The position numbers and the translations under genes are program-made. The notes below the pieces were generated by a model that worked only from the letters and a program-made list of their open reading frames with translations, ran no database searches and was not told the DNA's origin. A stretch of DNA of 60,000 bases from Callorhinchus milii (lineage: Eukaryota), in the NCBI RefSeq assembly GCF_018977255.1, contig NW_024704742.1:116748001-116808000 (forward strand), given 5' to 3'. Shown in pieces: positions 1 through 11,153 of this stretch. Position 1 is the stretch's first letter. Each line of letters begins with the position of its first letter.

Positions 1-34
1 AAATGCTGATCATTGAGATTTTTTTTTACATAGG

Positions 35-660
35 ATTACATAGAACCTTCCGACACAAAACTGGGCCATTCAGCCCAACTAATCTATTCCAGTATTTATT
101 CTCCATACAAGCCTCCATGTGTCTCATTTATCCCTATTCCTTTCTCAAACAAGTAAAGATCAAGATACCTTTAAATATGTTGATACTTTTTGCTTCAACC
201 TCACTCTAGCAGTGAGTTCCATATTCCCACTGACCCACTGAACAAATAAGTTACTCCTAAACTCCCTCTTAGATCTGCTACAGACTATTTTCTGTTTATG
301 CCTCTTGTTTTGGTCTTACTAACAAGTGCAAACATTTCACAGAGCTAAAGAATTCTTCCATGAAATCAAACACCAGCCTCCTCTCCACAGTCAATTCTTT
401 GATCCTTTTGAAAATGTTGTCAATAATACTTGTTTCATCAACAATATTGCTCAGCCATTGTTTAGTTTTTAAAAAAGCTACAAGCTGAAAACAAAAAAAG
501 CGATACATATACTTTAACTTCCCTGCCTGGTATCTTTTTATGATTAATCTAGGTCTGGATATTGTTTGTATTGTCAAAGTAATAGTATTTGCATTGAATA
601 ATCTCTCAAACAGATCAGTTACCAAGTAGAACATTATCCCAAACCAAAAACGGTTCATCG
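35..660 (-). mobile_element. Degraded CR1-like LINE fragment
   Basis: Remnants of RT motifs and a CR1-type 3' end (GGGCTGAATGGCC). Confidence 0.55.
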
Positions 661-727
661 AAAGTTCAACAGAATTCAGAACGTGAATGCCGTTCTAGTA
701 ACATGAATCCTCTAAGGCTGATCTTAC

Positions 728-916
728 CTGCATGATCTGGCAGATTTACATTGACACCTGCTTGTATAAATGCTCGAAGCATGTTCAGGTCCCGATTCTT
801 CACAGCTATGTGTAATTTTGTCTCTCCATAAAGGTTTCTCCTATTTGCGTGAGCCAGTGAGAAAGGAAAACTACTGGAAGCAGATGCTGTCAAGGAGCTC
901 AGTGATGATTCACTAC
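728..916 (-). CDS. ANKRD31: ANKRD31 exon with first ankyrin repeat (ANRRNLYGETKLHIAVKNRDLNMLRAFIQAGVNVNLPDHAG); gene continues beyond the window start
   Basis: Canonical ankyrin motif, resembles human INRRNIFGENL...GGNVNQPSYAG. Acceptor ttttagtag, donor CAG|GTAAGA. Confidence 0.88.
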
Positions 917-1795
917 CTACTAAAAAATTATAAATTCAAGAAAAGTAATTTCAGTGATTTTGCTATTTTATAATTTGACCGATACACTGCTTATAACGCA
1001 ATTAATGTATGAGGTCCACGTCTTAATCAATTAATTAAAAAAAAGAGACAATTAACTGTAATTGTGACACTAATTAATGGAATAAACAGGCAAGGTCATT
1101 TTTCATCAAAAACAAATCTCTAAAATGTATTTCAAAGTATAACATTTCATTTAATAATTACATTTTAAAATTTCACATGAATTGTGGTAATGTTAGAAAT
1201 AGTTCTATTCAATCCAATCTTGATTTAATCTCCAATATCTTGTTTCACACACTTAAATCTAAACAGCTAACTCTTTTGACAATTGATACAATATATCACA
1301 AATTTACATATATATATAACGTCTTTCACATCGGGATATCCTAAGGCGCCTAACAATAATAGCTTGGTATCTGAGCTGGGGGTGGGAAAGATTATCAAAA
1401 GTACAAAGAAGTAGATCTTGAGACAGACACTAATGAAGTGAGGAAAGGAGCAAATCAGAGGGACTTTGTGATGGAGTTCTGGGGAGTGGCAACAAAAAGG
1501 CTGAAGGCCAACTGAAAATTATACCAGTACCAAACAGAATGACATAGTGATTGCAACAATTTTTATGTTTGGGCTTTGAAAATGTTTTCAGATGGATGCT
1601 AGTGTATTTGTTTTTCACCAAGATGTTACCAGACAATCAGCCCCACTTCTGTATCACCTCATCTTGGCTGAAAATTGCATCCAGATGTAAGTTTTTTTAT
1701 TCATTAAAATTAATGTCATCTACTCAACCAAGGAAATATATTGGGCCATCTTTCCCTTTATCTTCCACATCTTGAACATCTTGAACTAAAACTGT

Positions 1796-2117
1796 GGAGT
1801 CCTGTAGCTCAGTGGTTAGAGCACTCGCTTTGCAAGTGAGAGACCTGAGTTCAATTCCAGGCAGGGCGAAACCTTGGGCAAGTTTCCTTACTCCACACAG
1901 AGCCTAATAATAATCCCTCCAAAACCAAAAACAATAATAAATTGGTCATTTTCAATCTACGACTGTTTGTGGGACATTGCTGTGCGCAATTGGCTGCTGC
2001 GTTCGCCCACAAATATACAGTCAATTCACTTTACAGTGTGTTCTGTGAAGCGCTTTGGGACGTCCTCCCGACGTGAAAAGCGCTATATCAAATGCAAGGA
2101 TTATTATTATTATTATA
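1796..2117 (+). mobile_element. Full-length tRNA-derived (Ala-TGC-like head) Deu-domain SINE
   Basis: A box TAGCTCAGTGG, B box GAGTTCAATTCC, core GGGACATTGCTGTGCGCAATTGGCTGC, L2-like 3' end, (TTA)n tail. Confidence 0.92.
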
Positions 2118-2864
2118 AATAAGGGTGCCTCTGGGAAACATTTCAGTCCTTTTTTTTCTACTGCGGCCATCCTAATTCTTCTTCCTTTATGCAAGAGAAG
2201 CCAAAAATTCAACAGGCCTTTTTTTTTCCATTAACAGATAACCATTCTCTTCCCTTCCACTTTAATTTCTTTCCATTTTGCAACATCTGTTCAAATTTCC
2301 AGAACATCACAAAATAAAAAAAACTTTAAATTGTTGTCAACTTTCACCTTGGCAGAGATGGCCAGGACTAAAATTAAAATAACAACACAGCATTCAAGTC
2401 TATAAGAAACAAGGTTATTGTCTTCTGGGAACACATAACCCTGTGCTAAAGAGCTAGTCTTCAATAAATATCTTAAATATATCTCATAAGAAACAGATCT
2501 GGTGTACAACAGATTAGTCGAGTGAGAATCATCTCTGTCCCCAATGATTGGTTTGCTCCTCCAAGTCCTGATGAATCAGGTTGACTAGTGTCATCAGCAA
2601 TGCTTTAGAGTGTGTGGAAATGAATAAGAAGAATTCATGTCACAACACGGAGATGAATCTCCTCACATGATTCAAATCAAATTATCTTTCATAAATGTGT
2701 AACATCTGCATATTGCCTGCCAATCTCCATTTCTAATAAATTATATTTCATAACGTGTTTCAAGGCTTTTATGTGATGGGGACTATAGAAACACAAGGTA
2801 TTATTATGTAAAACATGTTCTAAGTTCTTTTGATCCTACTCCTTGTATATAATTATTGACCTGG

Positions 2865-3655
2865 ATTCATAGCCTCAGTGTAAGGTTGTTAAACTTGAAT
2901 GTTAGCCTGGCTCACTTCTGAGTCAGAACTCTGTGGGTTCAAGCCCCCCATTGAGACTTTGAATGCACATAATTTAGGTTGACACTCCAATGCAGTGCTA
3001 GGGATGTGCTGCATTATTGGAGGTGCTTTTGGGAGGTGATGTCCTTTGGATGAGATTTTAAATTGAGTCTGTCTACCTGTTCAGTTAAAGATCCCATATC
3101 TCCATTTGAAAAGAGAAGGGATTTTCTCTCGGTGTCCTGGCCAACAATCCCCAGATAAAATTGGTCATTCCCTTCATAGCTGTTAGTGGAACATTGCTGT
3201 ACACAAATTTGCTGCTGCATTTTCCCTACAAAACGCATAGTTCCTATTCTTTACAGTAAACTCGGTGACGCTCTTTGAGCTGTCCTTCTGATTCAAAGGT
3301 GCTATATTTTAAATCAATAAATCTTTGCATTTAATATAGTGCCTTTCACATTTCGAACATCCCAAAGTGCTTTACAGAATATACTGTAAAGTATAGTGAC
3401 TATGGGTTTTGTGGGCAAATGTAGCAGCCAAATTGTGCTCAGAAATGTCTCACAAACAGCTATGGAGTGAATGACACTGGGAGAAACTCTCTTCCCTTTT
3501 GAATAGTGACATGGGATCTTTAACATTCACTTGAGCAGGTAGACAAGCCTCGGTTTAACGTCCATTTAGTCTATATGAGTCATTACATAGAGCTTGAACC
3601 CGCAACCTTCTGATAGAGACACAAAAGTGATACCAACTGAGCCAGGCTGACACAC
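2865..3655. mobile_element. Two older Deu-type SINE copies, tail-to-tail (+ 2865-3310, - 3330-3655)
   Basis: Degenerate tRNA-like heads and Deu core. Similar old copies at ~14510-14830, 40690-41010 and 42920-43260. Confidence 0.65.
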
Positions 3656-3914
3656 AGAACTTGCACTTTTTCACTGGTTGCTAAAATTGATGACCTTGGC
3701 AGAGTGATCTTATCGTGGGATTTCTGTATTTTTATCTAGAAGCAAAATAGCACATCCTCCACTTAAAATGATTCAGATAAAAAGTAAAGGGTCAAGTTTC
3801 ATGATAAAACAGTTATAGCAGATTAGAATGATCTACTGTATAATAATATTGAATCAAATTAACTTATTTATAAGAGTTTACATGTGGCAAATGGTGTTTT
3901 AGTAAAATCCTTAC

Positions 3915-4114
3915 CAATATTCTCTGCATTCCTATTATTTCTGGCCTTGCTTTGGGTATCACAACTTAGGCTAGTTTCTTTTTTGGCTTTTGAATGCTGA
4001 GACGAACTTCTTGTATGTATCTTCCTAAACTGTGAAGACCTTTGCTTACTGCCAGCTTCATCACCTGTTAGTTTTTTTCTTTCCTCATCTGCTTTTCCAG
4101 TGGAAAAGGTAGTC
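3915..4114 (-). CDS. ANKRD31: ANKRD31 basic low-complexity exon (TTFSTGKADEERKKLTG...NRNAENI)
   Basis: 200-nt open frame, acceptor ttttatacag, donor TTG|GTAAGG. Phase 2->1 bridges the flanking exons exactly. Confidence 0.75.
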
Positions 4115-5285
4115 CTGTATAAAATTAATTTAAATATATATATACATACATACAGTACTTACAATAAATTTGCTTAAGTTCCACTATGAGTTGCATGACT
4201 TGAAATGACTGTATTTTTCATATACAAAGTATAATGAATGTTAGTTTAAATTGGTATTTTTTTTCTCATGGACACCAATTCTCCAATGTTGTCCCTACTT
4301 CAACAACAACAAGATTTTTATATTTGTATAGCGCCTTTCACGTCGGGAGGACGTCCCAAGGCGCTGGATAGAGTACAGCATTTCAGACCCGAGCTGGAGT
4401 TGGGAAGGGAGGGGAGAGGAAGGGGGGTGGCCGATGGCATGGTCAAAGAGGAGGGTCTTCAGGCGGGACTTGAAGGAGGCTAAGCTTCCTTTCCTAAATG
4501 CAGCCGATTCATTTTCCTTCCTCTGGGATACTGTAACTCATCTTCTGATAACTTGCTCAAGTGCCCATTATTTATGTCACTTGCCAGTAAGTATCAGCTG
4601 GCTTTTTCAACTTTAGAAGACATCTCAGCTGAGTTTAATCTGGTTTTCACCTAAAGTCCATAAGCACATCTCCATTGGGAATTACTGGTAGCCCTGAGAA
4701 GCAACACCCTGGCAGACTTTTCCCCTCCTTAACTCAGAGCTATGAGGCCAATTCTAGTGCCTTTAATTTGGAAGCTAGTTTTCCTTCAGTTCCTAAAAAG
4801 AACCAGCATCCAAATTAAGATTTTAAGAAATTTTCATAATTGTGTGCAATAAGTCAAAATGGGTGGAATTTTGGCCTCTTGTGCCATATAAAGGGAAGCC
4901 TTCAGTGAGTCTATCTAGGTGGCTAAATTTAACAACAAGATTACATTTGTATAGCGCCTTTCACGTTGGGAGGATGTCCCAAGGCGCTGAAATTCAATGG
5001 CATTCACATTCTAATCCCTTCCAAGTCTGTATTTCTTCACTTCTCATCTTAGCCATGAGAAAATATAAATTGAGGAAGCTCAGCCTCCATCTTAATAATA
5101 GAAAAAAATCCTTGCATTTGAAATAGTGCCTTATCATGTCATTGAGATGTCATGTCAAAGCGCTTCACAGAATATACTGCAAAGTGAATTGACTGTATAT
5201 TTTGTGGGCAAAATATCTTGAGAAAAACAGGTGGGAATTTAATGGAGGAAAAAATGAAGAAATAATTTGTCATTGCATAACTTAC

Positions 5286-5821
5286 CTGTTGCGTTTCTTG
5301 TGATTCTGTGCTTTACGTAATTCTGCCCTAGTTTTCCTATTGCCTTGTTGAGGCTGAATCATAAATGTCTTGGTATTTTTAATGAACTGCGCTTCCTTAG
5401 TTTGCACATTTGCACATTTCTTAGTTTGCACGTTCTGTGAGAATTCAATACATGCTAATGATGGAACGTTACTGTTTTTACAATCTCTTGCTGAATGTTG
5501 GGAGTTTTGCACTCTCTTTGTTTTTCTGTGGTTCAGCAGTTTCTCTGAGAGATCTTCACAGTCAGAAGACGGTGCTTTTCTCTTTCTCTCCGCTGAATAT
5601 TGGAAGGGTTGAGAGTTGTGACACTGAGAAACATGCAAGTTAAAGCACAGACGGTCTAGATTAACTCTTCTCCTTGTAGATTTTCGTGGAATGCAAATCT
5701 TAACTGCATCATCTTGATGTGAACTGTTGCTTGTTTTCTTGATGTCCTGGCCTTTTTCTATATTTTCCACAGGTTCACATTCAGAAGGATCTGCTGCAGC
5801 TTCATTCTTATCAGCTGAAAG
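5286..5821 (-). CDS. ANKRD31: ANKRD31 exon (LSADKNEAAAD...IPRKSTRRR...HKKRNR)
   Basis: 536-nt open frame, acceptor tttattctacag, donor CAG|GTAAGT, phase 0->2. Confidence 0.8.
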
Positions 5822-6344
5822 CTGTAGAATAAACAGAAAAATATATACAGTTGAGTTTGCATAATTGTTACAATACACTTACAGTCTGGAACCTCACTCT
5901 TGCACTTGAAATCCGGAATGAAGAGACAAGTGGATGATCCAATGTGAGTGATGGATGGATTGATGGACAGACAGGTGGATGGTCCATTGGGAGCGTGGGG
6001 CAGGTTGATGGCGGCAGACACTCCAATCAGAAAAGACTGTTACAGAATAGTATTTTATAATAAAAGTACAATATATTAATATAATTTTACTGATCATAGT
6101 GGCTGTTATTTTTGTGATTCAATTTAAATGATAAAACAATTACAATTACTGTATCCATTCACATTTTCAAGATGGAGGTGGATAAATATTTGTTAGGTCA
6201 GGGTTTTAAGGGATATGGGGCAAGTGTGGGTAACTGGACTTGAAGTATAGATCAGCCATGATCTTATAAAATGGCTCAATAAGCTGAATAGCCTATAGCC
6301 TACTCCAGTTTCTACATAAATACTGTAACTGATTTTATTTTATT

Positions 6345-6835
6345 TATTTTATTCAACAATAACTCTGATTACAATACAAAATTACATTTGTAAAGCACCT
6401 TACATGTTGGGAGGATGTCCCAAGGTGCTGAACAGTCGGGGTGGGGGGTGGCAGGTGAAGGGCAGAGAGGGTGGCCGAAGGCAGTTGAAGAGAAGGGTCT
6501 TGAGGCAGGCAAGGGAGGGAGCGAGGTGAAAGGAAAGTGGGATGGAGTTCCAGAGGGTGGAGGCAGAGAGCCTGAAGGCCCAACCGCTGATGGTGGGGTA
6601 GGCTGGGAGGTGGACATGGAGCAGGCCGGAGCCTGCTGAGCAGAGGGAGAAGACAGGTTCATAAGGGGTTAGCAGGTTGGAGAGGTAGGAGGGGTCAAGG
6701 CCATGGCGGGCCTTGAAGGTGAGGTGGAAGATTTTGAATTCAATCCTCTGAGGGATGGGGAGCCAGTGAGCCAGCCGAGGGTGGGTGTGATGGGGTCCCG
6801 GAGCCTGATGCGGGAGAGGATATGAGCTGCAGAGT
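6345..6835 (-). mobile_element. L2 LINE 3' fragment
   Basis: Homologous to 26100-26590. Confidence 0.8.
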
Positions 6836-7039
6836 TACAGTGAAATTAAAGTAACATGTAGGATTTGTCTTTTTTTTCTTATCCTTGAAATTGTAAATTC
6901 CTTCAGAAATGTCTGAAAGTGTTTGCAAATGTTTATAAGGGAACCTGTATTATTATAGTACGTAAAATTTTGTCTGGTCCAACCGAGTGTAACATTAAGC
7001 AGACTCAACAGTAAGTTTCTTCAATCAAATAGTCATTTA

Positions 7040-7775
7040 CAGATAAAAGAATGAGCTACGAGAAATGACTGGATAAACTAAGGCTCTTCATCTTTGAAAG
7101 GAGATGTCTCAGAAGGGAACCCATAGACATATAAATATTTAACAATTCAGTAGGAAAAGGAATTGTACCAGAGAATTGGAGGTTGGCAAATATAATTCAC
7201 ATTGTTAAAAAGGAGACAGAGCTAATCCAGGAAACTATAATAATAATAATCCTTGCATTTGATATAGCGCTTTTCCCATTTTCTAGACGTCTCAAAGCGC
7301 TTCACAGAATATACTGTAAAGTGAATTGACTGTATATTTGTGGGCAAAACGCGGCAGCCAATTGAGCACAGCATTGTCCCACAAACAGTCATGAATTGAA
7401 GTGACCAGTTTATTATTTTTTTTTCTTGAGGGATTATTATTAGGCGTGTGGAGTAAGGAAATTTACCCACGGTTTCGCTCTGCTGGGAATCAAAACTACA
7501 TGCCATTTAGCTTAACATCCATGGTGACAAAGGCATTGGAGTCTATAAAAGAATAATAATCCTTGCATTTGATATGGCGCCTTATCAGGTCTTCGAAACC
7601 TCTCAGTGCTTCAGAGAATACACTGTAAAGTGAATTGACTGTATAGTTTGGGGGCAAAACACGGATGATTAAATAACTGAGCATCTCAAGAAGTAGAGTA
7701 TAATTAAGAGCAGCTAGCATGGATTTATGAAATGATGGCCAGGCTTAAAAAATTCTTTGAAGAAATAACACAAAG
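7040..7775 (+). mobile_element. Degraded CR1 RT fragment with two nested SINE pieces
   Basis: PENWRLANI..LLKKGDRANPGNY / SLTSMV / HGFMK remnants. Confidence 0.65.
7238..7490 (-). mobile_element. Truncated SINE nested in a CR1 fragment
   Basis: Family core and tail, flanked by AAACTA repeats. Confidence 0.85.
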
Positions 7776-8518
7776 TTCCTCCCAGTGTCCTGGCCAACAA
7801 TCTCCCAATTAAAATTGGTCATTCACAACATGACTACTTTTGGACATCCCTGCGTATAAATTGGCTGCCGAGTTCACCTACAAATACAGTCATTACACTT
7901 TACATTAAAAAATTCTATGATGTGCTTGAGATGTTTTGATGAAGTCATAAAGCACTATATGAAATGCAAGGATTATTATTATCCATCTTCTGTCTAGCTT
8001 TGACTTAATTGAAGTCTTCCAGATTCAGCGCCTTAGGACGTCCTCCCGAAGTGAAAGTGGCCGTAGAAATGTAATTTTGCTGTTGTTGTTGTAAAGAGGA
8101 ACCATCTTAAATGGGTTTGCTTGATTCTGTTTCTTCTGCAGTTATAAAAAGATCATATTTGGGATTCATTACTTAATACTCTAACTGTACACATTGTAAA
8201 AAAAACTATAGTATAATGTTTTTAGTTGGGTCTGTGTTTTGCAGGAGTGGAAAAGATCAATGTGATATAATGGAGACTTTGATAGAGTAAATAGAAGATT
8301 GTTTCCACTGACCAGCAAATGATACAAATTAGAATCATTACAATACAATATAATACGATTCAAATTTCTATTTATATAGCACCTTTTACATCGGCAGGAC
8401 GTCACCAGGTGCTTGACAGTCCTGGCTTGGCACCCAAGCTATGTAAAAATAGCCATCCACAAAAATAGTATGTTAAACATATAGAAAAAACCATAATGAT
8501 GTTAAAGCTGATCTATAC

Positions 8519-9262
8519 CTGAACACTTGTGGGCCCCAGATTCTCATTTTCTATCAAAGATTGTGAATGTAGATCATAATCTGTTACTTGTGTAAGGTCA
8601 TCGTCAGCCTGTGTATCACCTTCATGAAGCATAAAGCCATCATTCTTGAATCCCAGGGTCCTTTCATTGGATGAATGAACTACCAATTTATTATTTGTTG
8701 CTGCTGATGGTTTCATGTCTGAATTAAACAATGGCATTCTGTTCATTGGTGCTAACAATTCCACGGGCACCTCTTGACGTTTTTCTTCCATTGTCTCAAT
8801 CAGTATTGACCCATCTTTCTGCGCAAACTGACATTTGATCAAAGGTGCCATATTCATTGGTGATTTAGTTAATGACTCACTGCTGAGTGGTCTGAACAAG
8901 TTCACTGGTGACAATACATTGCCTGCTACTAGTTGTTTTGCTATTGATTCAACGTTGTTTTGCTCTGACAAGATTTCATTTAGTGGGTTCAGTGACTCTA
9001 TCACTGGCTGTTCACTGGCTTGACCTGTCTCTGGTTCTGATAGCACAACCGTTGATATTAATGATTTTACCACTGACGACACTGCCACTTCTTCCTGCAA
9101 TGGTGCATCTTCATACACCTCTGACCAACTGGCTGTTGCAGAGTCTGCTCCTGACAAGTCTATAGGTTGTAATACTCTCCTTTTTTTTGCTGATGGTGTT
9201 GCAGTAATAATAGCTCCTGTGAGCAGATTTATTTCTGGAGAATCCTCTTCAACAGCAATTTC
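8519..9262 (-). CDS. ANKRD31: ANKRD31 large exon, 248 codons (EIAVEEDSPEINLLTG...VPVELLAPMN...DDDLTQV...)
   Basis: 744-nt open frame, acceptor atttcttag, donor CAG|GTATAG. Motifs resemble human DSPEVSLLSG, LPAELLEALN and NEDCTQI (from memory). Confidence 0.85.
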
Positions 9263-9554
9263 CTAAGAAATAATACACAGGTCTTATTTTGCTTGCTTAG
9301 CAAGTTGTCCAAAACATTATTATGTATTGCAAAACGTTCAGTCAGTAATAGCACATCAAATCAGTCTGCCCCATCAAATATGTTTCTTGTAGATTCTTTA
9401 TCATTCTATGAGACGTCAGAAGGCACATTGGCTACTTTAAGCTTGTTATATATCAGGTGGCAAAGACATATAGCATATTTCTGATACTTGATACAATAAA
9501 AATTCACCATTATATAGTATCTTTTATGTCTGGAGGAGGTCACAAAATGTTTAA

Positions 9555-9810
9555 CAATCCTGGCCTGGCTCAGGATGGGGGTATGAGTTGAAGTCGAAAG
9601 GAAAGATGACCAAAAGCGCAGTCAAAGAGGTAGGTCTTGAAATGCACCCTGCAAGAGGTGAGGGAGGGAGCTGTTTGAGAGACTCTAAGATGGGAATTCC
9701 AGAGAGTGGGAGCAAATAGGCTGAAAGCCTGTCTGCCAATGGTGGAGGGGGTAGAGCTGGTGTCTGCCAAATGCAGAAAGCTGGGTTGGTTTGGTACAGG
9801 GCCCATGAAG
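9555..9810 (-). mobile_element. L2 LINE 3' fragment
   Basis: TIGRQAFSLFAPTLWNS-type ORF2 C-terminus. Confidence 0.75.
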
Positions 9811-9989
9811 TTTATTGAAGTGAAATGTGAGGTGATTCATTTTGGTAGAAAAATCGAGGAAATGGAGTAAATATTGAGTGGCAGTATCTTGCAAGGAACT
9901 GAGGAATAAAGGCATTTGGAGTGCAGTTGCATAGGTCACAGTTGAAAGTGACATCGCAAGTGGCAAAAGGCGTAAGGAAATCTAATGGA

Positions 9990-10565
9990 CTGCTGGGTGT
10001 TATACAAAAGTAAATAAAAGCAACAATGCCAATCATTGATTATGCCACAAATGGAGTCCTACTTCATCCAGTTTGGGGCACCTCACTCCAGGAAAGATAT
10101 TAAGACCTTAGAAGGTGTAGACAGGCTTACGAAAATGATTCTGAGGTTGAAGAGTTAGTTATGAGGAGAGATTAGAGAAACTGGGTTTGATTTCATTGGA
10201 ACAGAGGTTGAAGAGGGACCTGATAGACACGTACAAAATTCTGAGAGGATTTATCAGTATATAACGAGAGGTTATTCCCATTGATAGGGGACATAGTTAT
10301 AAGATAGCCACAAGTACAGAGAACGGAGAACTTCGGAGAACATCTTTCAGCCCAGAGAGCCGTTTGAATGTGAAATGCCCTTCCAATTAGAGTGGGGGAG
10401 ATGGAGTTCATTGGAGCTTTCAAGAGAGAAATAGACAGAATGTGAAACGGCTTGAAGTGATTTGGGGATAAGGCAAGGAGGTGAGACTGTAGTGATCTTG
10501 CTCTGTGAGCAGGTATATACTCAATGGGCTGAATGGCCCCTTCTGTACTGTAAATTTCTATGTAT
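9990..10565 (+). mobile_element. CR1 LINE 3' fragment
   Basis: SYEERLEKLGLISLEQRLKRDLIDTYKIL motif and GGGCTGAATGGCC...TTCTATG tail. Confidence 0.75.
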
Positions 10566-11091
10566 CTATCATCTAAAGAAACCTCACTGCTACATCAGAC
10601 ATATTGAGAATTAACAAAATATGCACAAAGCTTCTAATTTGTCTTGCAGCTATAATCCTTAGTTATACTTTTCTGCTTTAGATATAACTGTGGGGGCACA
10701 AGTATCATTTTCACACTCAGACAGATATGAAATAAAAGTTCTTTACCATACTATATTTTAAAAATATTACCCTGAGGCTCTGCAAATCTCTTGTACCATA
10801 TTGAAGATGCCAGTTACTGATGTTATCATTCTCATTCATTTAACTACTGGCTCCTGAATCTTGTTATTTGATTACTGCTTAGCAGAATGGCTGCTTTTAG
10901 TAATAAGCTGCCTGTCTGAAGGCAAATGTCTCAAATTGCAAACCTGTGACGTTAGCTTTGAGGATGGTGAGGTGAGAGTTCTTCTGCCTCCAGTATACCT
11001 TGGAACATTGTGACTTTCCAAGTTTACCAACATTACAAAATAAAGACTTTCGGTACTGCAATTTAGAATATGTCAGAAACCATTTACTCAC

Positions 11092-11153
11092 CTGTTCATT
11101 AGTTCCTAATTGCATAGCATCGACCATGTCAATGGTTGTAGTTTCTTCGTTTT
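11092..11153 (-). CDS. ANKRD31: Possible small ANKRD31 exon (ENEETTTIDMVDAMQLGTNEQ)
   Basis: Acceptor ttattcag, strong donor CAG|GTGAGT, phase 1->0 compatible with the next exon. Upstream partner exon uncertain. Confidence 0.4.

Noticed and set aside
1796..1868. tRNA-Ala(TGC)-like gene (also at 22160-22227, 30799, 34580-34652, 56325-56396)
   Set aside because: Each is the head of a SINE and continues into the Deu core and LINE-like tail. The acceptor stem is not intact.
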